A stretch of DNA of 64,000 nt from NCBI GenBank assembly GCA_965116985.1, contig OZ220745.1, positions 2,788,461-2,852,460 of the forward strand, read 5' to 3'. This DNA comes from Dehalococcoidia bacterium. GTDB lineage: Bacteria > Chloroflexota > Dehalococcoidia > Lucifugimonadales > G963668185. A program made the position numbers and the translations under genes. How positions within the stretch are numbered: the stretch's first letter is position 1; every line of letters begins with the position of its first letter. Below the pieces are notes generated by a model that was not told the DNA's origin, ran no database searches, and saw only the letters and a list, made by a program, of their open reading frames with translations. Shown piece after piece: positions 36,361 to 45,100 of the stretch.

Positions 36361-37428
36361 TTAAGTACTCTGTGCCAACGGCCCCGCCTTCTGTCCGTCC
36401 GGCGCGAACGACGCTGCGACCGCGTTACGCGTGAAGCCAAGTAACTCGGACTCGCCAAGCCCCAGACTGGACGCAAGCCTGTACTCTTCAGCGATGCTTG
36501 TGGTCAGGCGCACAGGATCGTCGGAGCAGAGCACAACAGGAATGCCTGCTTCCACAAAATTCCTGATTGGATGTGCTTCCAACGATGACACGGCCCCAAG
36601 CACCAGGTTCGAAGTCATACAGCACTCCACCGTGACCTCTCCCTCCCTTAACTCATTGAGCAGGGCAGAGTCGTAGGCGGCATGAACAGCGTGCCCAACG
36701 CGGCGAACTCCCGGTAATCGCAATGCTCGGCGCAGGTTGGCCGCTGAGAACTCGCCTGCGTGAACGGTAATGCCAAGGCCAACGCTCGCTGCCCTCTCCG
36801 CCCACGCATAAGCCTCATCCCAATGTCCCTTGTCAGCCTCCTGTTCGTATGGCACGGAAACAAAGTCGATTCCAGCGAGACCGTCGCTCCTGGCGTCCAT
36901 GCAGGCAGCGAAAACCTCCTTGCCGTCCGGACGCCCGGGCCACACTCCCGAGATCACCGCCTCCGCGCAGAATCCCGGAAACTCGGCCTAGGTCAGTCGT
37001 TCAGCCTCCCGAAGCTGCGGCATAAGGTCCGGCCATGCTGCCCACCCCGCTCCGAAACGCATCTCGATTAGGATTGCGCCTTCCTCCGCGGCCTCCGTCA
37101 TTGCCTCCGAGACCCACCCCAAAAAGATCTCACGGGCGATCCGGTCAAGCTGTTCGACTTCGAGCTCGCCGCCAGGCCGCAACAGTCGGTCCATGCCGGG
37201 CGGCATGGCCGTGAGCCTGTTACCCCATTCCCGCCAATCAAATGGGCGCCTTCCGTCACGCTTGGCAAGAAGCCGGTCGACTCGCGCCGCCGTCTCGGCA
37301 TGCAGGTGGATGTCGGCCTTGGGAAGACCTGAGATAATGTCGCCTGAGATTGTGTCGATGGCCAGGTGTGTCTCTCCCCGAGGCCGATGTCCAGCAGTGG
37401 AGCCCCAACGCACTTGCCTGCCGCGCAC
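36361..37428 (-). pseudogene. add: Adenosine/adenine deaminase-family metallohydrolase interrupted by one in-frame TAG
   Basis: ORFs 36988-37428 (LPKADIHLHAE metal motif) and 36361-36957 (ITVHAGE, GHAVH, VVLCSDDP) share one reading frame. A single TAG at 36988-36990 separates them (...EAERLT*AEFPGFCAEAVISGVW...). Confidence 0.7.
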
Positions 37429-37599
37429 ATCTGTGCGATTATTGGCGCATGGAAACTACATCGCAAGCAAATCTTACCGCGCCTCAACTGCGCGCTCCCG
37501 CCGGTTGCCCTCGCCCTTCAGCTAGGGCAGAATTGGGTCAGAATGGTGCGCCTTTGGGACAGTTATGGGTAGGAAGCGTGTCATTTCCGGGCCGTGGAC

Positions 37600-37656
37600 G
37601 GGACATTGGCAGACCCATCCCAGATATGAAATGTCCCAAATGTCCCGGAATGTCCC
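37600..37656 (+). promoter_or_regulatory. Array of AATGTCCC octamers (one inverted, three direct at 9-10-bp spacing)
   Basis: GGGACATT at ~37600-37607, then AAATGTCCC AAATGTCCC G GAATGTCCC at ~37629-37656. The array lies in the divergent add/ccdA intergenic region, ~130 nt upstream of ccdA. Confidence 0.45.
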
Positions 37657-37789
37657 ACTTATTTAGTTTTGCAGCCTTCACAAGGCCCGAAGATGGCGTT
37701 TAGCATGAGTGCGTGCGTTGCCCGCCGGGCATCCGTCGTCGTGTCCGGAGACGTATCTTCTAGCGAGCCTGAAACCGAGGATTAGACCA

Positions 37790-38518
37790 ATGTTCGACGT
37801 TGCCTTCTGGTTCGCATTCACCGCCGGGGTCGCGGCCGCCTTCAACCCCTGCGGAGCAGCCATGTTCCCTGCCTACGTTGGTTACCAGCTAGACACTGCG
37901 ACGGTCGAGCAGCATCCGATCGCTTCAGGCGCCCGCGGCGTGATCATGGGCCTCGCCGTCACCGCCGGATTCCTGGTGGTGTTCGGTGGCGTGGGCCTGA
38001 TCCTTGCGCTTGGCGGCCGCCTCATAGGAAAGTTCCTGCCCTTCCTCGGCCTTGGCGTGGGCATCGCCATCATGGCGCTCGGCCTGTGGCTGATCATTTC
38101 TCGTCGCAAGATCGGCATCATGGCGGCTGGCCGCGTGGACCTCGGCGGCGGCAAGGGCATCCGGCAGGTGTTCCTGTTCGGCATCGCGTACGCCATCGCG
38201 TCGCTGAGCTGCGCCCTGCCGATCTACCTCGCCGCCGTCGGCATCGTGATCGGTCAAACGCTCAGCGCGGCAACCTTCGTCGACACCGTGCTCGCCTCCG
38301 TAACGTATGGCATAGGCATGGGCTCGATACTCATGGCCGCCACGCTCGGCGTTGTGTTCTTCAAAGAGATCGTCCAGAAGGGCATGAGGAAGATATTCCC
38401 GCTCATAGAGCCCATCGGAAACCTCGCCATGGTGGGCGCGGGAGCCTACCTCATCTACTACTGGACCGCCGGCAGCGGCAGCGAACTGCTGAGACTCCGG
38501 GCCGGCGAACTCTTCTAG
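37790..38518 (+). CDS. ccdA: CcdA/DsbD-family thiol-disulfide transporter (cytochrome c biogenesis)
   Basis: Two membrane-embedded Cys motifs (AFNPCGAAMFP and SLSCALPIY) and six hydrophobic helices. Confidence 0.7.
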   Translation: MFDVAFWFAFTAGVAAAFNPCGAAMFPAYVGYQLDTATVEQHPIASGARGVIMGLAVTAGFLVVFGGVGLILALGGRLIGKFLPFLGLGVGIAIMALGLWLIISRRKIGIMAAGRVDLGGGKGIRQVFLFGIAYAIASLSCALPIYLAAVGIVIGQTLSAATFVDTVLASVTYGIGMGSILMAATLGVVFFKEIVQKGMRKIFPLIEPIGNLAMVGAGAYLIYYWTAGSGSELLRLRAGELF

Positions 38519-38572
38519 CCTGAGGCTTCCTCTGCCGTAGGGCGCCCCCCCTCTGGGGCTCCCGTCGCTGCC

Positions 38573-38626
38573 CCCAATCCGTTCGCCCTGAGCTTGTCGA
38601 TGAGCCTGCCACGAGTCCCTCGAGGG
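38573..38626. repeat. Copies of dispersed repeats (reverse-complement B1 element and GAGTCCCTCGAGGG palindrome)
   Basis: CCCAATCCGTTCGCCCTGAGCTTGTCGA is the reverse complement of the CTTCGACAGGCTCAGGGCGAACGGG element seen at ~50593. GAGTCCCTCGAGGG also occurs at ~34112. Confidence 0.7.
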
Positions 38627-38654
38627 GGCCTTGCGCAACACGGCCCTCGCCCGC

Positions 38655-39410
38655 CTATCCCTCCGACACCACCGGGTTCGCCAGCACACCGACGCCCTCC
38701 ACCTCCACCTCGACGCGGTCGCCTGCGTGGATCGTCGCCGTCTGTCCCGGAGTGCCCGTGAGGACCACGTCCCCCGGCTCCAGCGTCATCACGCTGGTGA
38801 TCCACTCGATGATCGCAGGCACATCGTGGATGAGGTCCGAGGTGCTGCTCTTCTGCACGACCCCTCCGTTCACCCGACCCTCCAGCGGCAGGTCCGATGG
38901 GTCAAGGCCGGTCACGATGAACGGCCCAAGCGGCGTGAACGTGTCCGACGACTTAGCCCGCCACCACTGCAGGTCGCCGGCCTGCCAGCCGCGCTCGCTG
39001 ACGTCGTTGCCGCACGTGTAGCCGAGCACGAAGTCCAGCGCATTCTTCCGGGTCGCGCCCTTGCAGCGGGCGCCCATCACCACCGCCAGCTCCGCCTCCG
39101 CGTGTACCGTCGCCGAGTCCTTCGGCAGCACGATATCGTCGCCCGGCCCGATCAGCGAAGAAGGCGTCTTGATGAACGGCTCCGGCACGCTCGGCGGCGT
39201 ACGGTCCCCCACGTGACTGCGATAGTTCAGGCCGATCGCCAGGATCTTGCCCGGAAGGACCGGCGCGAGCAGCTTAACGTCACTCAGAGCGGACGCCTCT
39301 CCGGTGACCTCGTACGCTCCTGTCGGCGGCCCGCTGATACCAGTAACCGAGTCGCCTTCGACGACTCCATGCCGGACTTCTCCGTCCACTTCGTACCTGG
39401 CAAACTTCAT
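38655..39410 (-). CDS. Fumarylacetoacetate hydrolase (FAH) family protein
   Basis: MKFARYEVDGEVRHGVVEGD..., GLNYRSH, ELAVVMG and GTPGQ motifs, typical of FAH/2-keto-4-pentenoate hydratase-like enzymes. Confidence 0.9.
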   Translation of the reverse strand: MKFARYEVDGEVRHGVVEGDSVTGISGPPTGAYEVTGEASALSDVKLLAPVLPGKILAIGLNYRSHVGDRTPPSVPEPFIKTPSSLIGPGDDIVLPKDSATVHAEAELAVVMGARCKGATRKNALDFVLGYTCGNDVSERGWQAGDLQWWRAKSSDTFTPLGPFIVTGLDPSDLPLEGRVNGGVVQKSSTSDLIHDVPAIIEWITSVMTLEPGDVVLTGTPGQTATIHAGDRVEVEVEGVGVLANPVVSEG

Positions 39411-39615
39411 CTACGAATCTCCTTGCTTGGGTGAGCCCATGCTAGCGTCCCGGCTTCGGCATGGGAAGCGGCCACACGGCAAGTTACCCTATGCGATACG
39501 GATGTGGCCTTCAGCCGATGCTTCGTGCGTCTGCCGGGATTTTCGACTTCAGCGCATCTATACTACAGTTGCCCAGCAGACGCTCCACTCAGCGAGTTGC
39601 ATCAATCGGAGAATC

Positions 39616-40362
39616 TTGCCCCAAGCACCTGCCAACACTCAAGAAGAGCTTCCGCCGGCAATCCGGATGGCTGGCGTTGGCAAGTCGTTCGGGCGAAATG
39701 CAGTCCTTCAGGACATGCATCTCGACGTTGCCTGGGGACAGGTGCTGGCTGTGCTCGGCCCCAACGGCTCCGGCAAGTCAACGCTCCTGAAGATACTGGC
39801 CACACTCACGCAGGCCGACTCTGGCCAGGTCCATGTCGCCGGGCTGGACATCGAATCGCGCGGCGCGCAGGTCCGGCGCCTGATCGGCGTGGTCACTCAC
39901 GATCCGATGCACTACGCGGCCATGACCGTAGCAGAGAACCTCCGGTTGCATGCCCGGCTCTTCGGATTGGATGACCAGCAATATCGAGTAACTGAAGTGT
40001 CGGAGATCATGGGCATAGCACCGATCCTGACCGAGCGCGCCGGTTCCCTGTCCCACGGCCAGCAGAGACGCCTTTCGATAGCGCGAGCGCTACTGCACGA
40101 TCCCCCCGTGCTTCTTCTGGACGAACCGGAGAGCGGTCTCGATCAGGAAGCCCTTTCCAGAGTTGATGGCCTGATTCAAGACGCCGGACAGAGAGGCAAG
40201 ACCGTCCTGCTGACCACGCACAACCTCGAGTGGGGCCTTCAACTTGCTAATCGCGCCGTGCTGCTTGGCCGCGGCAGCGTTGTGTACGACTCAGGATCTG
40301 GGGGCGTCGATGCCGCGGCCGTTGATGAAGCCTACTCAGCTCTACACGGGCGCCAGCCTTGA
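39616..40362 (+). CDS. ccmA: Heme exporter ABC ATPase CcmA
   Basis: Walker A GPNGSGKST, signature LSHGQQRR and Walker B LLLDEP. It is followed by ccmB with an ATGA overlap. Start is uncertain: TTG 39616 has GGAG upstream; ATG 39667 is the alternative. Confidence 0.8.
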   Translation: MPQAPANTQEELPPAIRMAGVGKSFGRNAVLQDMHLDVAWGQVLAVLGPNGSGKSTLLKILATLTQADSGQVHVAGLDIESRGAQVRRLIGVVTHDPMHYAAMTVAENLRLHARLFGLDDQQYRVTEVSEIMGIAPILTERAGSLSHGQQRRLSIARALLHDPPVLLLDEPESGLDQEALSRVDGLIQDAGQRGKTVLLTTHNLEWGLQLANRAVLLGRGSVVYDSGSGGVDAAAVDEAYSALHGRQP

Positions 40363-41042
40363 GCCCTGCTATCCGTTACCTGGCGGCGGTCTGGGCAATC
40401 GCCTGGAAGGACCTCTTGCTCGAGGTGAGAGGCAAGGAGACAGTTGCCTCCGTCCTGGCATTCGCACTTCTGGTCGTCGTCATGCTGGACTTCGCCATTC
40501 AGGCAACTCCGGGTCGGGCTTCCTTTGTGGCGCCCGGCGTGCTTTGGGTTGCCCTTGCGTTCGCCGGAGCCGTAGGCCTGACGAGGTCCTTCACGGCGGA
40601 GCGAGAGCGCGGAAGCATTCACGCGCTGATGCTCGCCCCAATCGGCCGAGACGTCATATTCTTCGGCAAGGCGCTTTCGAGCTTCGTGTTCCTGCTTGCG
40701 GTCGAAGCGATCGTCTTTCCCGTCTTCGGGATCCTGTTCGACTACCCGCTGACATCACCGGAGCTGGTGCCCGTCTTCGTTCTGGCAACGCTCGGCTTCG
40801 CCCTGGCCGGGACAGTCTTCTCCGCCATGGCAGTAAACACCCGCGCCAGAGAGGTCATGCTGCCGCTGCTCTTCTTCCCTGTGGTCCTGCCGGTGGTTCT
40901 CGCCGGGCTTGAGGCCACCACCCGTGTCGTCTCCGACTCCGGCGCTGGCAGCGCGTTCGAGATACTTCCGTTCATCGCTGCCTACGACCTCGTGATGGCT
41001 GTCGTCGGCCCCGCCTGTTTCCATTTCATCGTCAGGGATTAG
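40359..41042 (+). CDS. ccmB: Heme exporter membrane protein CcmB
   Basis: N-terminus AIAWKDLLLEVRGKE and six hydrophobic helices, typical of CcmB. Confidence 0.85.
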   Translation: MSPAIRYLAAVWAIAWKDLLLEVRGKETVASVLAFALLVVVMLDFAIQATPGRASFVAPGVLWVALAFAGAVGLTRSFTAERERGSIHALMLAPIGRDVIFFGKALSSFVFLLAVEAIVFPVFGILFDYPLTSPELVPVFVLATLGFALAGTVFSAMAVNTRAREVMLPLLFFPVVLPVVLAGLEATTRVVSDSGAGSAFEILPFIAAYDLVMAVVGPACFHFIVRD

Positions 41043-41114
41043 GTGGGCCGCCTCGCACCTGAATTCGTGCTCAAATCCCTTGAATTGCAGAAGGCATTTC
41101 AACCGGGGCGTTCG

Positions 41115-41143
41115 TTGACACCGTATGCGGACGGACGTATCAT
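41115..41143 (+). promoter_or_regulatory. Strong sigma-70-like promoter upstream of korAB
   Basis: TTGACA - 17 nt - TATCAT. Confidence 0.6.
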
Positions 41144-41148
41144 TTGAC

Positions 41149-41262
41149 ATGCGAGAGAAAGTGAAATGCACGCTAAAACGCCGACATGGGCTCCTGCGGA
41201 GACCGGTCGGCGTTTTGTTGATTGTTGAGGTTTCGGGTGCCCGAAGGGAGGCGCTCAAGTGA
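41149..41262 (+). CDS. Candidate leaderless 37-codon upstream ORF whose stop overlaps the korA start
   Basis: ATG lies 5 nt after the -10 box. Translation is MREKVKCTLKRRHGLLRRPVGVLLIVEVSGARREALK. Its stop TGA overlaps the korA GTG (GTGA). It could be a chance ORF. Confidence 0.2.
   Translation: MREKVKCTLKRRHGLLRRPVGVLLIVEVSGARREALK
41175..41216 (+). promoter_or_regulatory. Terminator-like hairpin in the kor leader
   Basis: AAAACGCCGAC...(inner CTCC-tgc-GGAG)...GTCGGCGTTTT, followed by GTTGATTGTTG (U-rich). Confidence 0.45.
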
Positions 41263-42974
41263 AGAGGGATGACTTTGTAGTTCGATTCGCCGGCGAAGGT
41301 GGCCAGGGCCTGCTTACTTCTGCTGATGCGCTCATCCAGGCAGCCACGCAGGTTGGCTATCACATCCAGACGTTCGCCACCTTTCCGTCCCAGATCATCG
41401 GCGGGCCAACATTCGCCCAGGCGCGCATATCAACCTCACGCGTCCTCAGCTCCGGCGACGAGGTAGACGTGCTTGTCGCGTTCAACCGCGAAGCCTACGA
41501 CAACCACAAGGACGAAGTCCGCGAAGGCGGCGTTGTCATCTACGACACCAAGGAGTTCGACCTCCAGGGAGACTCGAACAGCTTTGGCATGCCCTTCGAT
41601 GATCTAGCACGATCTACCGGAAACGCCAGAGCCGCAAACATGGTAGTCGTTGGCGCGATTTCCTACCTGGTCAACTTCTCCAAGGAGGCGTTGGAGGATT
41701 TCAACGTCAAGAAGTTCACACGCGGCCGGCCTGGCGATGACAAGATCATTGAGGCGAACAACAAGGCGCTTGCTCTGGGCAGGAATGAAGCAGAGTCAAG
41801 CGGGTTCAGCCTTGGCGAACTCGCACCTCCGGACCCGCCTCCCTGGGACCAGATCCTTGTCAGCGGGAATCAGGCGTTGGCGTTGGGGGCTTGCGCGGCA
41901 GGCCTCGACTTCTTCGTCGGCTATCCGATCTCACCCGCAACGTCGCTGCTCATCTGGATGGAGCAGAACATGCCCCGGCTTGGGCGCTTCGCGTACCAGG
42001 CCAGCTCCGAGATTGAGTCCATCGTCTCGATAGTCGGAGCCGGATACGCGGGCAAGAAGGCGATGACCAGCACTGCGGGCCCGGGGTTTTCGCTGATGTC
42101 CGAAGGTCTTGGCCTAGCGTGGATGGCAGAGATACCACTGGTGGTGGTCAACGTGCAGCGTGGCGGCCCTTCAACCGGCCTGCCGACAAAGACGGAGCAG
42201 TCCGATCTCTTCACAGCTTTGACCCCGGGTCATGGCGACATACGCCTGCCGGTCATCGCTCCGGGCACCGTCGAGGAGTGCTTCTACGCGGGAGCCGCGG
42301 CGCTCAACTGGGCCGAACGCTATCAGGGGCCCGTGGTGATACTGAGCGAGCACATGTTGTCCGAGCGGCAGGCGAACCTGCCCAAACCCGACATGGCGGC
42401 CCTCGAAGTCGAAAGCAGGGCGGTGTACGCCGGCGAGAACGGCTACCAGAGGTACGAGAGCATCGAACTCTCGCCGATGCCCATTCCCGGAGGGCCAGGC
42501 AGCTACGTTGCCAATGGCAGCGAGCACGACACGATCGGCGATACTACGCACCTGCCGCATCACCACGTACACATGACGGAGCGGCGCTTCGGAAAGCTCG
42601 GGCTGCTTCACGAGAATGACTTCGAGTGCGAGAACCCGGATGCCCCGGTCGCCCTAGTCCCATGGGGAGGCTCCAAGGGGCCTGCCCTGGAGGCTTACAG
42701 ACATCTGGTCAGGGAAGGGTTGAACGTCGGTTGGATGTATACGATGTTCCTTAACCCACTGCCGCCGGCAATGCTGGAGCAGTTGCGCTCGAAGGAACTG
42801 GTGTTGGTGCCCGAGTTGAACTACCAGGGCCAGCTCTCGTCGATCCTGCGTTCGTTCGGTGTGAACGCGGAGTCTATAACGCATTTCACGGGCCTTCCTT
42901 TCAAGGTTGGCGATCTGAAACGGGAGATCAGAGAGAGGACGATGGCAGCAACGCGCGAGGAGGTCATGGCATGA
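41259..42974 (+). CDS. korA: 2-oxoacid:ferredoxin (acceptor) oxidoreductase subunit alpha (gamma-like domain fused N-terminally)
   Basis: N-terminus VVRFAGEGGQGLLT (gamma domain), then GNQALALGA and YPISPAT alpha-domain motifs. Confidence 0.9.
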   Translation: MKRDDFVVRFAGEGGQGLLTSADALIQAATQVGYHIQTFATFPSQIIGGPTFAQARISTSRVLSSGDEVDVLVAFNREAYDNHKDEVREGGVVIYDTKEFDLQGDSNSFGMPFDDLARSTGNARAANMVVVGAISYLVNFSKEALEDFNVKKFTRGRPGDDKIIEANNKALALGRNEAESSGFSLGELAPPDPPPWDQILVSGNQALALGACAAGLDFFVGYPISPATSLLIWMEQNMPRLGRFAYQASSEIESIVSIVGAGYAGKKAMTSTAGPGFSLMSEGLGLAWMAEIPLVVVNVQRGGPSTGLPTKTEQSDLFTALTPGHGDIRLPVIAPGTVEECFYAGAAALNWAERYQGPVVILSEHMLSERQANLPKPDMAALEVESRAVYAGENGYQRYESIELSPMPIPGGPGSYVANGSEHDTIGDTTHLPHHHVHMTERRFGKLGLLHENDFECENPDAPVALVPWGGSKGPALEAYRHLVREGLNVGWMYTMFLNPLPPAMLEQLRSKELVLVPELNYQGQLSSILRSFGVNAESITHFTGLPFKVGDLKREIRERTMAATREEVMA

Positions 42975-43840
42975 GCGCCAAGAACCCCGAGTACGACTTC
43001 AAGTGGTGCCCAGGCTGCGGGGACTTCGGTGTACGTAGAGCGCTGGAGGCAGCGGTTGACAAGCGCGTGATAGAGCACGAGAAGCCGATCGAGCAGACCG
43101 TTGTCGTTGCGGGTATCGGCTGTTCCGGCAATATGGTCCATCTCCTCGAGGAGGACCGCCAGCCGTTCGGCTTTCACGGAATTCACGGAAGGACCCTGCC
43201 GGCGGCCTTTGGCATCAAGATGGCCCGCCCTGAACTGGATGTGATCGTTGTTGCCGGTGACGGCGACTTCCTGTCCATCGGGATGGAGCACATAGGCCCG
43301 CAGGCCGCCCGTAATCTGAACATCGCGGCCGTTATCATGGACAACGCCGTGTACGGGCTTACGAAGGGCCAGAGCTCGCCTACAACGGGGTTTGGGGACA
43401 TTACAAGTTCAACTCCGTACGGCAAGCCTGAGGACGCGATAAACCCGTTGAACCTGTACCTGACGCTCGGCGTGTCGTTCGTGGCGTCCGGCCTATCGAG
43501 CAAGGTGAAGGACCTGTCCGCGATCATCGGCGATGCAATGGACCATCCGGGATTTTCCATCGTGCACGTGCAGTCGCCCTGCACGACCTATAACAACAAC
43601 TACGAGGCGTTGAAGGGCAACCCCCGCAAGGGCATCCCCGGGCTGGCCTGGGATATCCCCGGCGATCACGATCCCACGGACCTTGGGCAGGCGTACAAGG
43701 TCGCGAACTCCGGCGGAGTGCCGCTGGGCCTCCTGTACGTTGATGAGGACCGTACTCCGTTCGAACAGCGGGCGGAGGATGTTGTGTCGAAGGCCAAGTC
43801 CACCACGGTCCAGAGTCTTCTCGACGCTGTCACGATCTAA
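42971..43840 (+). CDS. korB: 2-oxoacid:ferredoxin oxidoreductase subunit beta (ThDP-binding)
   Basis: WCPGCGDFG, and GDGDFLSIG...NAVYGLTKGQ ThDP motif. Overlaps korA by 4 nt. Confidence 0.9.
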   Translation: MSAKNPEYDFKWCPGCGDFGVRRALEAAVDKRVIEHEKPIEQTVVVAGIGCSGNMVHLLEEDRQPFGFHGIHGRTLPAAFGIKMARPELDVIVVAGDGDFLSIGMEHIGPQAARNLNIAAVIMDNAVYGLTKGQSSPTTGFGDITSSTPYGKPEDAINPLNLYLTLGVSFVASGLSSKVKDLSAIIGDAMDHPGFSIVHVQSPCTTYNNNYEALKGNPRKGIPGLAWDIPGDHDPTDLGQAYKVANSGGVPLGLLYVDEDRTPFEQRAEDVVSKAKSTTVQSLLDAVTI

Positions 43841-43938
43841 CTCCATCTCACGTACGGGTATGACTCTCGCTTCCTCAGCCCCATTGTGGGCCGCACCTCG
43901 GAAAGCTGGGAATTGCTATTCGCCGAGGTCATAACACC

Positions 43939-45090
43939 ATGACCGGCAGGATCGGCGAGGAGGCGCGCGCCCAGATCGTGAGGCTCGTTCGCGACTTCGT
44001 CCGTAACGAAGTTGAGCCGATCGCAGCCGAGTATGAGGCAGAGGACCGTTACCCTGAGCATCTCGTCGAGCAGATGCGGGAGCTAGGCCTGTTCGGCATT
44101 ACGATTCCGGCTGAGTACGGCGGGCTGGGACTGGACTACGTTACGTTCGCGACAATCTTCGAAGAGCTCTGCCGGGGTTGGATGAGCGTCAGCGGGATCA
44201 TCGGCACTCACCACGTGCTGGCGTACATCGTGAGCGAGTTTGGCACGGAGGACCAGAAGCAGCGCTTTCTTCCCCGCCTGGCAAGCGGCGAGCTGCGGGG
44301 CGGGTTGGCGCTAACCGAGCCGGAGGCCGGCAGCGACGTTCAGGCGATCCGCACCTCGGCAGTGAGAGACGGCGATGACTACATCATCAATGGCTCGAAG
44401 ATGTTCATCACGAACGCCGCCAACGGCAATGCCTTCGTGGTGGCGGCGAAGACAGATCCATATGCCGAGCCTGCTTATCGCGGGATATCTTGCCTGCTGG
44501 TGGAGAAGCCGAATCCGGGAGTGGCCGTGGGCCGGGAGCTGGACAAGCTCGGGTACCGGGGAATCGACACGGCAGAGTTGGCCTTCCAGGACTGCCGGGT
44601 TCCCGTGACCAATCTCGTCGGCGGTGAAGAGGGCAGGGGATTCCGGCAGCTTATGGGCGGTCTGGAGACCGGCCGCATTAACGTCGCCGCCCGCGCTGTT
44701 GGCGTTGCCGCCGCGGCCCTGGACGCAGCGATGGACTATGCAAAGCGCCGCCGGACGTTTGGCGAGCCGATAGCCAAGCACCAGGCCATCCAGTTGAAGC
44801 TCGCGGACATGGCCACGAAGGTCAAGGCCGCCCGGCTCCTGACACTAGACGCGGCGGAGCGCAAGGACGAAGGCGCGAGGGTCGATCTCGAGGCCGGCAT
44901 GGCGAAGCTGTTCGCCAGCGAGATCTGCGGCGAGGTGGCCATGGAGGCCATGCGCATCCACGGCGGGTATGGCTATGTCAAGGGCTTCCCAGTCGAGCGA
45001 TACTACCGTGACGCCCCGCTAATGATCATCGGCGAGGGCACGAACGAGATCCAGAAGCTCGTGATCGCACGCCGGCTTCTGGAGGAGTGA
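43939..45090 (+). CDS. Acyl-CoA dehydrogenase
   Basis: LTEPEAGSD, YIINGSKMFITN, QLKLADM and a C-terminal GEGTNEIQ motif. Confidence 0.95.
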   Translation: MTGRIGEEARAQIVRLVRDFVRNEVEPIAAEYEAEDRYPEHLVEQMRELGLFGITIPAEYGGLGLDYVTFATIFEELCRGWMSVSGIIGTHHVLAYIVSEFGTEDQKQRFLPRLASGELRGGLALTEPEAGSDVQAIRTSAVRDGDDYIINGSKMFITNAANGNAFVVAAKTDPYAEPAYRGISCLLVEKPNPGVAVGRELDKLGYRGIDTAELAFQDCRVPVTNLVGGEEGRGFRQLMGGLETGRINVAARAVGVAAAALDAAMDYAKRRRTFGEPIAKHQAIQLKLADMATKVKAARLLTLDAAERKDEGARVDLEAGMAKLFASEICGEVAMEAMRIHGGYGYVKGFPVERYYRDAPLMIIGEGTNEIQKLVIARRLLEE

Positions 45091-45100
45091 CGGGCGGCTG

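Noticed and set aside
39247-39615. N-terminal extension of ccmA (the ORF track starts at 39247).
   Set aside because: The extension overlaps the FAH gene start on the opposite strand and the intergenic spacer. ABC ATPases start ~15-25 residues before the Walker A-containing strand.
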